Shown: positions 1-10,155 of the stretch, piece after piece | Layout of the letters: every line of letters begins with the position of its first letter | Position numbering within the stretch: the stretch's first letter is position 1 | From: an uncultured Clostridium sp. | GTDB taxonomy: Bacteria; Bacillota; Clostridia; TANB77; CAG-508 | Direction of reading: 5' to 3' | Assembly: GCA_947368535.1 (NCBI GenBank) | Contig: CANBHY010000004.1 | Span: forward strand, 90,242 to 154,241 | DNA length: 64,000 bases | Position numbers and translations under genes: made by a program | Notes under the pieces: model-generated | Seen by the model: the letters and a program-made list of their open reading frames with translations, nothing else | What the model was told of the DNA's origin: nothing | The model's database searches: none

Positions 1-383
1 TTGTTAATTTCTATCATTTCGTCGTTATACTCAATATCCTGTTCTAACTTTGTTATCTCATACCCATTCTTTTTTAAATAATCGTTTAAGTTTTCTTCAA
101 ATTTCAATTTAAATTTTTTTAATATCTGTTTATCATTATTAATTACATTTTGTACTGTTATATTTTTTTCTTCATAGATATTTGCTGTAACTTCTTTAAA
201 GTCCATATTCTTTATTTTATCGGATACTATAGGGTTTATAATTGTGTATAATAAGAATATTCCTAATACTACTTTTATATATTTTTTGTAATTATTTCCG
301 CTCGGAAGTACTATTTCAATTATAATAATTACAATTAGTGCCAATATTAATTGCTCAGCCCATGATACTAGAAAGTCTATCAT
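1..383 (-). CDS. spoIIIAF: Stage III sporulation protein AF (SpoIIIAF), 3' end cut by the window edge. Not in the ORF track.
   Basis: Minus-strand ATG at 383 opens a reading frame beginning MIDFLVSWAEQLILALIVIIIIEIVLPSG, a single-TM N-terminus typical of SpoIIIAF. It lies immediately downstream of spoIIIAE, in canonical operon order. Confidence 0.6.
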   Translation of the reverse strand, partial: MIDFLVSWAEQLILALIVIIIIEIVLPSGNNYKKYIKVVLGIFLLYTIINPIVSDKIKNMDFKEVTANIYEEKNITVQNVINNDKQILKKFKLKFEENLNDYLKKNGYEITKLEQDIEYNDEMIEIN

Positions 384-399
384 TTCTTTTCTCCTTTGT

Positions 400-1533
400 T
401 TATGTTCCTATTTTCATTGTTATCGTGAATCCTATAATTAGCATCATAGACACGCTTGCTATTGATGCTAATAATACTTTGCAGGAATCTCCCATTTGTT
501 CTAATACATATACTATTTTTTGATCTGCTACTATTTCAGCTACTCCACTTATTAAGTACAGAAACATTGTTACTACTCCTATTTTTAATATAGGTACAAC
601 TCCTATTACAAAAACTGCAACAATGCCTAATGCTCCTACTGCGTTTTTTATTACGTTTGTGCAGCTTAATACTGATTCTAGTGTGTCTCCTAATATTTTT
701 CCTACTATAGGTATTGTGCTTGAAACGACTGTTTTACTTGTCTTTAGTGTTAAGTTATCTACTCCTTTACCTAGATTAGATTCCATACTTAAAACACATG
801 TAAAAATAGTTAAAAATATGCATAAGATCCAAATGGCTGTTGATTTCATATACTTAGATAATTTATTCATATGTACTTCATCTGATATGTTTGATATTAT
901 TCCTATAACTGTTGCTATTATTACAATTGGTATTAAAAATTGATTTATAAAATTTGTAATTATATTTGTTGCTACTAATATTATTCCTTGCGCTGAAGTT
1001 GCTGTTGTTATATTTCCTGCTGCTATGTTTAAACTCATATATAGAGGAATTAACATATATACAAAGCTTGATAATTGTTCTAATGTTTGTTTTACTTGTT
1101 CTATTATTCCAGAATACACTTTTGTAAGTATTGTTATTAAGATTATAATTTGAACAAAATATCCTATTTTTCCTGTTTGTTCATTTCCTAAATTTTCGCA
1201 TATGCTTTTTAGTATTGAATGTATAATAATTATTATTAAAATTGATACTATCATTTTAAGTGATTCTGTTAACTCTTTTCCTAGTAATTTTCCTATTGCT
1301 TTGATAATTATATTTTTTGATACATTCCCTGATAGTGCGCTTTCAAATATTTCGTTTAAATCCATATCTAGATTATCTAGATTTTCTATTTTAGATATAA
1401 CTTGTCCAACTTCCTCTTTATCAATTTGCTCTGATATATTTTCTATTTCAACACATTTGTTTTGTGTATGTATTGATATTAAAATTAAAAATATTATCAA
1501 TAGTGATTTTCTTTTCATCTTTCTCTCTTTCAA
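400..1533 (-). CDS. spoIIIAE: Stage III sporulation protein AE (SpoIIIAE), polytopic membrane protein with a signal peptide.
   Basis: 377 aa. Signal peptide then multiple TM helices. Its position after spoIIIAD in an AA-AB-AC-AD-AE-AF run is diagnostic of the spoIIIA operon. Confidence 0.8.
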   Translation of the reverse strand: MKERKMKRKSLLIIFLILISIHTQNKCVEIENISEQIDKEEVGQVISKIENLDNLDMDLNEIFESALSGNVSKNIIIKAIGKLLGKELTESLKMIVSILIIIIIHSILKSICENLGNEQTGKIGYFVQIIILITILTKVYSGIIEQVKQTLEQLSSFVYMLIPLYMSLNIAAGNITTATSAQGIILVATNIITNFINQFLIPIVIIATVIGIISNISDEVHMNKLSKYMKSTAIWILCIFLTIFTCVLSMESNLGKGVDNLTLKTSKTVVSSTIPIVGKILGDTLESVLSCTNVIKNAVGALGIVAVFVIGVVPILKIGVVTMFLYLISGVAEIVADQKIVYVLEQMGDSCKVLLASIASVSMMLIIGFTITMKIGT

Positions 1534-1871
1534 AGTAAATCTAAAAGAACTTCTAGCAATGAAGTAATTATAGGAACTGACATACTTAATATTATAATTT
1601 TTCCGCCTAAGTCTATTTTGCTTGCTATTGAAGTTTCTCCACTATCATTACATATAGATACTGCAAATTCTGTCAAAATTGCAATCCCTGTAATTTTTAG
1701 TAATATTCCTACAAAATTCTGATTTACATTTATTCTTTGTGTTAATTTATTTATCAAATATATAAAATCTTTTAATTGGTCTGCTGCTATTGCAAATATT
1801 ATTATTCCTACTACTATTGATATGTAAATTTTAAATTCTGGCTTATGTTCTTTTAATAAGGTAGCTATCAT
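1530..1871 (-). CDS. spoIIIAD: Stage III sporulation protein AD (SpoIIIAD).
   Basis: 113 aa. LKITGIAILTEF and GKIIILSMSVPII match the SpoIIIAD motifs LKIIGIAYLAEF and GKVLILVMAVPII. Overlaps spoIIIAE by 4 nt. Confidence 0.8.
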   Translation of the reverse strand: MIATLLKEHKPEFKIYISIVVGIIIFAIAADQLKDFIYLINKLTQRINVNQNFVGILLKITGIAILTEFAVSICNDSGETSIASKIDLGGKIIILSMSVPIITSLLEVLLDLL

Positions 1872-1923
1872 TACCCCTGTAAAGCCTACTCCGTATTATT
1901 TGTATTATTTCCATTTTTAAATT

Positions 1924-2124
1924 CTACAAGTTAAATAGAGTTCTTACTGTTGTAAATAGTTCACTTATTTCATTTATTACTATTGACAGTACTATAACTA
2001 TTCCAGCAAGTGTTGTCATCATGGCTTGGTCTTCTCTTCCTGCTCTTACTAATACTTGGTTTAATACAGCAACTAGTATTCCTATTGCTGCTATTTTGAA
2101 TAATAAGTTTATATCCATTTTCAC
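1924..2124 (-). CDS. spoIIIAC: Stage III sporulation protein AC (SpoIIIAC).
   Basis: 66-aa two-TM protein, MKMDINLLFKIAAIGILVAVL...ELFTTVRTLFNL, closely resembling B. subtilis SpoIIIAC. Confidence 0.8.
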   Translation of the reverse strand: MKMDINLLFKIAAIGILVAVLNQVLVRAGREDQAMMTTLAGIVIVLSIVINEISELFTTVRTLFNL

Positions 2125-2139
2125 TTGTACCTTTCTTTA

Positions 2140-2646
2140 TTAATAAATAATAATGACTAATCCTATCCCTAAAATCAGTCCTAATTTTTTATATATTTTT
2201 TCGTTTTTTTCTCTTTCTATTCTTGCTTTTTCTATTTGTATATCTAATAAATTTATGACATACTTTATTTGATTTATCTGTCCTTCTTTATTTGTTTTTC
2301 CTAATAATGTACTAAATTCCTCTATCATACTTTTGTCTTCTTTTGTTAGCGCTGTTTCTGTTTCTTTTAGACTTTCTTTCCATGCTATTTCTGTTCCGCT
2401 TTTTTTTATGTTGCTAGCTGCTTTTTTAAAAATCATAGATATATTAGATGAAGAAATTTCTGATATATCAATAAAAATTTCTTCTAATGGTTCATATGTA
2501 TATTTAATTTTATTTTCTATTATTTGTAAATTATTTTTCATTTCTTCTAATTCGTCTAATCTATATATATACTTTTTAGATATTAGTATCCCTATCTTAC
2601 ATGAGCAAAATATTATGCCTATTCCTAATAAAATTTTTAAAATCAT
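2140..2646 (-). CDS. spoIIIAB: Stage III sporulation protein AB (SpoIIIAB).
   Basis: 168 aa. TM helices at both ends with a helical soluble middle. Lies between spoIIIAA and spoIIIAC and overlaps spoIIIAA by 4 nt. Confidence 0.7.
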   Translation of the reverse strand: MILKILLGIGIIFCSCKIGILISKKYIYRLDELEEMKNNLQIIENKIKYTYEPLEEIFIDISEISSSNISMIFKKAASNIKKSGTEIAWKESLKETETALTKEDKSMIEEFSTLLGKTNKEGQINQIKYVINLLDIQIEKARIEREKNEKIYKKLGLILGIGLVIIIY

Positions 2647-3557
2647 ATTTTTTCTCTTTCATATGTATTTTTTTCTTTGTTTAAATAATATGACTCTTTT
2701 ATTTTTCCTTTTTGTTTTTCGTCTAAAACTATTATTTCTTCTATAAGTTTGTTTTCTATAATCTCGTTTATCTCTTTATTGTTTTTAACGTCTGCTAACG
2801 AATTTCCATGTATTGTTGTTAGTACTTTTACGCCAGATTTACTTGCATAATTAATGCTTTCTGCATCTTTTTTTCCTCCTATTTCATCTACTGCAATCAC
2901 TTTTGGTGCCATTGATCTAATTAGCATTTTTATTCCTATATTTTTTGGTATGTTTGTTATTACGTCTGTTCTAATTCCTAAATTTATTTCTTCTTTCCCT
3001 CTATGCATTGCTGATATTTCATTTCTTTCGTCTACCACGCCAACATTTATTCCGTTACCATACATATTTCCTTCACTTATTTTTTTAATCAAATCTTTTA
3101 GTATTGTTGTTTTTCCTGTTCCTGGTGCTCCTACTATTATGGTGTTTTTAAATTCTCCTTGTTCATATAATTTTTTAAGTACTGAATTGCTACAATCAAT
3201 TATTTGTTTTGCTATTCTGAAATTCATTCCAGATATATGTGAAATTGATATTACTTTTTCGTTTTCAATTACTGCATTTCCTGTTATTCCTACTCTATGT
3301 CCTCCTGGCAAAGTTATAAATCCATTAGCTATTTGTTTTTCATATGTATAAATTGAGTTTTCTGTTATTTTTTCTAAAGTTTCTAGTATATCTTTTGTTT
3401 GTACTATGTAATTTAATATTTCTTCATTTTCATTAAATTTTAGTATTATGTTTTTGCAATTTCTTAGTCTTATTTCTTCTAATCGCTTAAAATCATAATT
3501 GCAATCTTTTATTATTTGTTCTTTTATTGAGTTAGATAAATATTTTAATATTTCCAT
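2643..3557 (-). CDS. spoIIIAA: Stage III sporulation protein AA (SpoIIIAA), secretion-type ATPase.
   Basis: 304 aa. Walker A motif GAPGTGKTT. First gene of the spoIIIA operon. Confidence 0.85.
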   Translation of the reverse strand: MEILKYLSNSIKEQIIKDCNYDFKRLEEIRLRNCKNIILKFNENEEILNYIVQTKDILETLEKITENSIYTYEKQIANGFITLPGGHRVGITGNAVIENEKVISISHISGMNFRIAKQIIDCSNSVLKKLYEQGEFKNTIIVGAPGTGKTTILKDLIKKISEGNMYGNGINVGVVDERNEISAMHRGKEEINLGIRTDVITNIPKNIGIKMLIRSMAPKVIAVDEIGGKKDAESINYASKSGVKVLTTIHGNSLADVKNNKEINEIIENKLIEEIIVLDEKQKGKIKESYYLNKEKNTYEREKI

Positions 3558-3721
3558 ATTTTTTCCTTTAGCTTGTACTAATATAATTATATTCTGCTTA
3601 AATTTTTTTAGAACTAATATTTTAATTTTTTCTTTAATATCTTTTTTGTAATATATTGACGAAATTTGAAAAAAATAGTAATATTTTATTGTATATTATT
3701 GGGAAGAGAATGGTACAAATT

Positions 3722-4127
3722 TATGTATAATGAAAAAAATTTTAAATTAACTATTATTTTTACTAAGATTAGAAGATATGTTTTTATTTTTTGTTTTGTA
3801 ATCTTAGCTTTAGTCGGTGCTTATGTTCTTTCAGAAGTACTTACTGAAATTCTTGAAATGCCTAGAAGAATTGCTAATATTCTTATGATCGTTACTGGTA
3901 TCTGCGTTTTTATTATGGGGTTCATTTTAACAAGTAATTTAAATTTCAAAATCCAACAAGCTTATTTAGAAATGAAAACTTTAAAAAAGTTAAATCTAGT
4001 TTCTTACAAATTAGATAAACTTTTAGAAAAATCTGGTATTTCTGTTTCAGATGAATTAAGTAAGGATTTAGAGGATGTTCATACAGATCTTTTAGCTCAA
4101 AAGCTAAAAAAGATTAAAAATAAATAA
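3722..4127 (+). CDS. Hypothetical small membrane protein. The ORF track alternatively starts it at a TTG at 3666.
   Basis: ATG start MYNEKNFKL, then one or two TM helices and a charged helical C-terminus. No recognisable family. Confidence 0.4.
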
Positions 4128-4162
4128 AAAAAGCAGTTACATTTAAGTAACTGCTTTTTAAT
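4125..4162. terminator. Bidirectional rho-independent terminator between convergent genes.
   Basis: Stem aagcagttac / gtaactgctt with a 5-nt loop, flanked by A-run and T-run. Confidence 0.7.
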
Positions 4163-4164
4163 TC

Positions 4165-5460
4165 TTATTCTTCAGTAATTGTTATCGATATAATTATTCC
4201 TGATTTATATGTTTCTTTTATATAATATTCTTTGCTAGAATCTATTTCACTTTCTAATTCTTCTATTTTTTCGTTTAAAGCATCTACATCATCATCTTCT
4301 AATGCTGCTTCTTCGTCTCCAATTTTTACTGTTACAATTAAGTCCTTTTTGTCGCTATTGGCTTCATTTGATGATATTACTGCTGATAATACTGTTTTTG
4401 CATCTTCTGCTGATTTTCCATTTCCTGTGTATGCATCAAATTGACCATTAAATATTGCTTTTTCCTGTTCTGTCATTTCTTTATCATTGTCTTTATCTTC
4501 TTTTTTCTTGTTTTTTGTGTTTTGTTCAAATGATTGTAAATTATATCCATCGTCTACTTTTATAAGTGTATATTTATATTCTGTTAATTGATTTAAATCT
4601 ATGTTCTGATTTACTTCTTTATAATTTAGTCCATCTATATCTTGTTTATAATTAGATTTTACTACGTTTTTATAATCGTCATTAGTTATAGTCATTATGC
4701 TTTTATCTATAGGGAATTGTTTTGCTGAAAAGTTATAGTCTGTATATAATCCTCTAAGATATCTGTTCTCGTCTGCATCATATATTGTTTCTATAAATAG
4801 TGGTTTTACATATATCTCCATTTTAGTATTATATTTTACAACTTTTGTTATTACTTCTGGTATTTCTGATGGTTCTTCTTCTATTATATCATTTTCATTA
4901 ACTTCGTAATTTGAAGAATCTTTTTTATACATATATCCTATTGTTTTATACTGCTCTGTAAAGTTTATGTCACTGTTGTACAAACTAAAATCTTTATATT
5001 CTATATCTGAACTGTCTCCAAAAATAGTTTCTATATATTCATCTATTACTTCTTTAGAAACTGCTTTTTTTGAACTTTGTGCATCCATATCAGAATTTGT
5101 TACTTGTGCCATTGCTAACTGTAATTTTATTTCATTACTTATATTGTCTTCTTCTGAATTAAATCCTGTTGAACTGTATATTGCATACTTGGCAAAAGCT
5201 TTGTTATTTCCTGTTAATTTATATGCAGTTTGAACATCTTGATCGTTATTAATAATATCTTCATCTGTTAATTCTTCTTCTATTTTCTCTTCAATTTCTT
5301 CTGGCGGTTGTTCTGGTTGGCTAGCTACTTGTTGCTTTTTTACCGCTGGTTTGCTAGATTTATTACTTCCTAATATTATTATGCAAGTTAATATTATTGC
5401 TACTAGTAGCGCAATAAATATAACTAGGGCTACTAGTGGAATTCCCTTTCTTCTTTCCAT
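4165..5460 (-). CDS. Hypothetical membrane-anchored protein (431 aa) with an acidic low-complexity extracytoplasmic region.
   Basis: N-terminal TM anchor, then a Q/P/E-rich linker. No family recognised. Confidence 0.5.
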   Translation of the reverse strand: MERRKGIPLVALVIFIALLVAIILTCIIILGSNKSSKPAVKKQQVASQPEQPPEEIEEKIEEELTDEDIINNDQDVQTAYKLTGNNKAFAKYAIYSSTGFNSEEDNISNEIKLQLAMAQVTNSDMDAQSSKKAVSKEVIDEYIETIFGDSSDIEYKDFSLYNSDINFTEQYKTIGYMYKKDSSNYEVNENDIIEEEPSEIPEVITKVVKYNTKMEIYVKPLFIETIYDADENRYLRGLYTDYNFSAKQFPIDKSIMTITNDDYKNVVKSNYKQDIDGLNYKEVNQNIDLNQLTEYKYTLIKVDDGYNLQSFEQNTKNKKKEDKDNDKEMTEQEKAIFNGQFDAYTGNGKSAEDAKTVLSAVISSNEANSDKKDLIVTVKIGDEEAALEDDDVDALNEKIEELESEIDSSKEYYIKETYKSGIIISITITEE

Positions 5461-5528
5461 AATACTCTCCTCTTTAGTAAACTATTATTTTTTATTATAT
5501 AGTTTAATATATTTTTTTTCAATATATA

Positions 5529-6497
5529 TTAACAATTTTTACATAGTATTGATTTCATTCCTATTTCTAAATCTATCATTCCATTTTTTGATGTATAATC
5601 AAGATTTATTAGCTCTTTTAATATATTTTCTATTTCATTTGCTTGAAAATATGATGCTTGTTTTTTGTATTTTGTTGTTAAAAATACTTGGTTTGGTTTT
5701 AAGTCTAACACTTCTACTATATCTCTTTTTTTATCTAATGCTAGTTTGGTTAAATACAGTTTTTTAAAGTGGTTATACAGTGTTATTATTATTTTTTGTA
5801 GAGGCTCTTTGTTATATACTAAATTATCAAGAACTTCTAATGCTTTATCTGTTTCTTTTATTCCTAAATAATCTGTTAAATCAAATATTATAGCTTGCAC
5901 ATCTTTTATTGCTAGTTTGTCTATGTCTTCTTTTTTGATTTCTCCGTTTTCTCCTGCATATTCTATCAATTTTCTAATTTCATTCATCAGATCTTGCATA
6001 TTTGTTCCTGAAATTTCTAAAAGATAGTTTAGTTGTTCTTCTTTTATATCAACCTTATACATAGAGCATATTTTTTTTAGTCTTGTTTTTATTTCGATTG
6101 GTTTTAGTTCTTTTAATTCTATTATTTTTGCATTTGGTTCTAAAGATTTGTACATATCCATTTTATGAACAACATCTTCAATAAATATTATTACTGTTGA
6201 TTCTTTTATTATTTCCATATTTTCTGATATATACTGCTTTAATTTTTCTTTAATTGGTAGCTTGCATTCTTTTTTAAATATTCCTGAATCTCTAATAATT
6301 ATTAATTTTTTTTGATAACCAAATGCTGGTGTTTCTATGTCTGAAATAATCGTGTTAATATTACTTTCGTCTAGTAATATATAGTTTATTCCTAAATTTA
6401 ATTCTCCAAATATCTTTTTCATTTTTTTCAAATATTCATTTATTAGATATTTTTCTTCACCGTATAAAATATATATTCCGTTTAAATTCCCGAGCAA
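5529..6497 (-). CDS. holA: DNA polymerase III delta subunit (HolA). The true N-terminus is probably in another frame, with a GTG start at 6537.
   Basis: GIYILYGEEKYLINEY and the downstream region fit the HolA family. See the frameshift finding for the likely true start. Confidence 0.75.
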   Translation of the reverse strand: MLGNLNGIYILYGEEKYLINEYLKKMKKIFGELNLGINYILLDESNINTIISDIETPAFGYQKKLIIIRDSGIFKKECKLPIKEKLKQYISENMEIIKESTVIIFIEDVVHKMDMYKSLEPNAKIIELKELKPIEIKTRLKKICSMYKVDIKEEQLNYLLEISGTNMQDLMNEIRKLIEYAGENGEIKKEDIDKLAIKDVQAIIFDLTDYLGIKETDKALEVLDNLVYNKEPLQKIIITLYNHFKKLYLTKLALDKKRDIVEVLDLKPNQVFLTTKYKKQASYFQANEIENILKELINLDYTSKNGMIDLEIGMKSILCKNC

Positions 6498-6567
6498 TTA
6501 TGTCATTTTCTAAATCTTTGATATTTGTAGACACTCTTATTTTCTCCCTTTTTATTGTTATAAAAAA

Positions 6568-8589
6568 TTAGTCTTCTAGCATTATTTTTATTGTTTCTGA
6601 TACACTCCATCCTTGAGTAAAACATCCTCCTGGATTATATGGTGGTTTTGAATCATATACTTCTGATATGCTTCCTATACCACTTTCTTTCATCGCTTTT
6701 GTAAAATTAGTTTTGTAATTTTTGATTATTTTTTCATATTCTTCTTCTAATTTTTTCTTTTCAGTTTTATTTTTTTCATTCTTTATAATTGTTTTAAAAG
6801 CAGCTATGTATATACCTGAAAGCCATGGCCAGGTTATTCCTTGATGATAGCTCATATCTCGTTTAAAGCTATCTCCTTCATATATTGCCACATATTTTTT
6901 ATCTTTTGATGATAAAGTTGCTAATCCATATTTAGTATATAATTCTTTCGTAATTGTTTTTAAGGTTTCTTTTGCTTTTTCGTTTGTTAGTATCATGACT
7001 GGGTATGTTGTACTAAGTGCAAATAATTGGTTTGGTCTTATTTCTTCACTTCCTAATACATCATATAGGCATTTATTTTTTTCGTTATAAAATTTCTTAT
7101 TAAAATTAGCTTTTACTTTTTTAGCTAAGTCTGATACTTCTTTTTTAGTTTTTTCATCTTTAAATTCTTTTGCTAGGTTTTCAACTGTTTTTAATGCATT
7201 ATACCAAAGCGCATTTATTTCAACTGCTTTTCCATTTCTAGGTGTTACTGCAAAATTTGATACTTTTGCATCCATCCATGTTAATTGTGTGTTTTCTGTT
7301 CCTGCAGATATTAAATTGTCTTTATCCATATAGATATTACTATCGTCTATATCTATACCTTTTTGGAACATTTCTATTATATTTAATAAAATGTTATACA
7401 TTTCTTTTTTTACAAATTTTATGTCATTTGTATATTCTAAGTATTTATTTATTTGTTCAAATAATAGTAACGAACTATCTACGCTGTTGTATAATGGTCT
7501 ACTATCATATCCCGAATATCCATTTGGAATTAATCCAAATTTTATATCTCTAGTCATCATTAATAATACTTCTTTGGCTATATCATATCTTTTTGTTTTT
7601 AATAGTAATCCTTCAAAAGCTATTAATGTGTCTCTTCCCCAATCTAGGAACCATGGGAATCCTGCTATAATTGTGTGTAATGAAAACTGTGGTCTGTATG
7701 CTACAAAATTATCAGAAGCTATAACTAAATCTCTCATTTTTTCTTGTTCTGCTTTTGTCTTTTTTTCGTCCACTAACTCGCTTTTGTCTATGATTTTTTG
7801 AAGTCTTTTTTCTTCTTGTTTTATTATCTTCTTTCCATCTATTTCTTCTATGTTTTCTTCCAATGAACAAACTATTGTAAATTCTTTAGTTTCTTCTGGT
7901 TTTATTTCTATTTCGTATCTTCCTGGTATGAATAAATCTTCTTCAGGGAAAAATCCTCTTTTTTCTTCTTCTATATAAAACATGTTTTTAAATATATCAT
8001 TATGATGTTCTATATATTTTCCTTCTTTTGAAAAAATATATACTGGTGTTGTTTTGTTTCCATCTACTATTACTCTAATTTTGTTTTCTTGTATTTTTTG
8101 TTCTATATTATATTCGTGATTTGTACTCATGCAATGAAAGTCTCTAAAATTCATTATAGTAGCTAATTTCATTAAGATGTTTTCTTTTGTTTTGTTTTCA
8201 ACTTTATATACTATACATGTAGTATTTTTTCCATATACCATTACAACTTGTTTCTCTATTTTTACTTTGTTTTCAATGTTATATTTGAAAATTGGATTAT
8301 ATGTTTTTTCAAAGCTCTCTAAATTTTTATATCCCTCTGAGATATAATTTTTTCCTAAGTTACTATAGATTATTTTTTCTTGTCCTTCTATTATAAAGCT
8401 TTCATCTATTTTTGATAATACTACATATCTTCTTGCTGGTGGAACTAATGGTGCTACTAATAATCCATGATACTTTCTTGTGTTTATTCCTAGTATACTT
8501 TGTGCTGCAAATCCCCCTATTCCGTTTGTAATTATCCATTCTTTTGTTAATCCATTTTTTAATTCAATATCTTTTTTATTAAACTTCAT
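6568..8589 (-). CDS. Glycogen debranching enzyme family protein (amylo-alpha-1,6-glucosidase, GDE_N/GDE_C type).
   Basis: 673 aa. The N-terminal GGFAAQSILGINTRKYHGLLVAP motif is typical of the bacterial/archaeal glycogen debranching N-terminal domain. Confidence 0.65.
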   Translation of the reverse strand: MKFNKKDIELKNGLTKEWIITNGIGGFAAQSILGINTRKYHGLLVAPLVPPARRYVVLSKIDESFIIEGQEKIIYSNLGKNYISEGYKNLESFEKTYNPIFKYNIENKVKIEKQVVMVYGKNTTCIVYKVENKTKENILMKLATIMNFRDFHCMSTNHEYNIEQKIQENKIRVIVDGNKTTPVYIFSKEGKYIEHHNDIFKNMFYIEEEKRGFFPEEDLFIPGRYEIEIKPEETKEFTIVCSLEENIEEIDGKKIIKQEEKRLQKIIDKSELVDEKKTKAEQEKMRDLVIASDNFVAYRPQFSLHTIIAGFPWFLDWGRDTLIAFEGLLLKTKRYDIAKEVLLMMTRDIKFGLIPNGYSGYDSRPLYNSVDSSLLLFEQINKYLEYTNDIKFVKKEMYNILLNIIEMFQKGIDIDDSNIYMDKDNLISAGTENTQLTWMDAKVSNFAVTPRNGKAVEINALWYNALKTVENLAKEFKDEKTKKEVSDLAKKVKANFNKKFYNEKNKCLYDVLGSEEIRPNQLFALSTTYPVMILTNEKAKETLKTITKELYTKYGLATLSSKDKKYVAIYEGDSFKRDMSYHQGITWPWLSGIYIAAFKTIIKNEKNKTEKKKLEEEYEKIIKNYKTNFTKAMKESGIGSISEVYDSKPPYNPGGCFTQGWSVSETIKIMLED

Positions 8590-8631
8590 TGCTTTGGTTT
8601 CTCTCCTAATTTTACTTTTCTCTTTTGATTA

Positions 8632-10137
8632 TTATTTATCTAGTTTTTCCATCTCTTGATATAATTTTTGATTTTCATCTTTCTTTTCTGTTGTTGTTTG
8701 AATAGCCTCTATTCTTTCACTATATTTGTTTTTAAACTTACTTTTTCTCTTTTTGCCTTTTTTATTCTTCTTCTCTAATTTTTTCTTTTGCTTTCTGATT
8801 TTTGCTGATACTTTCTTTTCTCTTTTTAATTCACCTTCTAGTACTGAATTTATAAGTAGGTATTCTGGTGTACTTTCTTTATCTCTAAATTTTAAATCAT
8901 TACATATTAATTCCATGATTGATGATGCTATTACATCTGAATCATGTCTAATATATTCGTCTTCTATTTTTGACAAATGTTTATGTATTATTTTTATTCC
9001 TTTTTTAGTTGCTTTATCAATATCTTGTAATACAATGTCTTGTCCTTCTTGGTTATATTTTCTAACATATTCTGGAACTATCTCTCCTGTATCTGCTATA
9101 CAGTAATCTATGATTTCTTTTCCTGTATGTGCAAATAAAGCTTCTAAGTGATCTGTTATAGAATAGTTGTCTGTTTGACCTGGTTCTGTCATTATATTAG
9201 ATATATATATTTTTAATCCTTTACTTTCTTTTATAGTTTTTGAAATATTTTTAACTAAAAGATTTGGCAATACGTCTGTATATAAACTTCCTGGTCCTAT
9301 TATTATAGCATCTGCTTCTGAAATTGCTTCAACTACACCTGGTGCTGCTACACAGTTAGATGGACTAATGTATATTCTTTGTATTTCTGTTACTTTATCA
9401 TATGTAACTTGAGGTATTTTTTCTCTTCCTTCTACTAATGTTCCATCTTTTAATTCTGCGCATATCGTTAGTCTATCTAAAGTTGCTGGCATAACTTGTC
9501 CAGTAATGTTTAATACTTCTGTACTCTTTTTTATTCCTACTGATGGAGATTCAAACATTTCGTTCATTGCTGTTAAATATATATCTCCAAAATCCACTCC
9601 TCTAAAGGCTTCATCTTTAAATCTAAAGCTGAATAACTTTTTCATTAGCTCTTCTTGATCTGAAAGAGCTACTATGCTACCTTTTATTTCTCCATATGGA
9701 AGGTTTTCTTTATTTAAATCTGACATTGTTACTATAGCAGTTATATTGTTTGTGTATTTTTTTAAACCTTTTATAACCGTATTTATTCCGTTTCCTCCGC
9801 CAATAACAACAACTTTTGGTCCTTCATCATACATGGTTTTATTAAAGATTAATCCTTTAATATTTAAGTTCGATTTTTTTCCTTTTTTAGTTAATGTTGT
9901 GTTTGCTTCTATTAGAATTTCTAATATACGCTTTTGCATATATATAAATCCTATAACAATTGCTGTAAAACCACCTACAAAAGATGCTACTATTTTTATT
10001 ATTTCTTTTGGTCTTAGTATTTTTGCTTCTATAATACTAGCAATAGCAAAGCAAGTTAGGCAAACACCTATCAAAATTAATAACATCCATTTTTTTATTT
10101 TTGTTTTTGAATTAAACCAACTAAAAAATCCTTTCAT
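8632..10137 (-). CDS. yvcK: YvcK-family (UPF0052/CofD-like, gluconeogenesis factor) protein with an N-terminal two-TM extension and a Lys-rich C-terminal tail.
   Basis: VVVIGGGNGINTVIKGLK...ITAIVT, IGPGSLYTDVLPNLLV and NIMTEPGQTDNYSITDHLEALFAHTG align closely to B. subtilis YvcK. Positioned directly downstream of murB. Confidence 0.75.
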   Translation of the reverse strand: MKGFFSWFNSKTKIKKWMLLILIGVCLTCFAIASIIEAKILRPKEIIKIVASFVGGFTAIVIGFIYMQKRILEILIEANTTLTKKGKKSNLNIKGLIFNKTMYDEGPKVVVIGGGNGINTVIKGLKKYTNNITAIVTMSDLNKENLPYGEIKGSIVALSDQEELMKKLFSFRFKDEAFRGVDFGDIYLTAMNEMFESPSVGIKKSTEVLNITGQVMPATLDRLTICAELKDGTLVEGREKIPQVTYDKVTEIQRIYISPSNCVAAPGVVEAISEADAIIIGPGSLYTDVLPNLLVKNISKTIKESKGLKIYISNIMTEPGQTDNYSITDHLEALFAHTGKEIIDYCIADTGEIVPEYVRKYNQEGQDIVLQDIDKATKKGIKIIHKHLSKIEDEYIRHDSDVIASSIMELICNDLKFRDKESTPEYLLINSVLEGELKREKKVSAKIRKQKKKLEKKNKKGKKRKSKFKNKYSERIEAIQTTTEKKDENQKLYQEMEKLDK

Positions 10138-10155
10138 TAAACTCTCCTTCTATTG

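Noticed and set aside
3666-3721. TTG start for the plus-strand 153-aa ORF.
   Set aside because: The in-frame ATG at 3722 with a nearby purine-rich stretch is a more conventional start. This remains uncertain.
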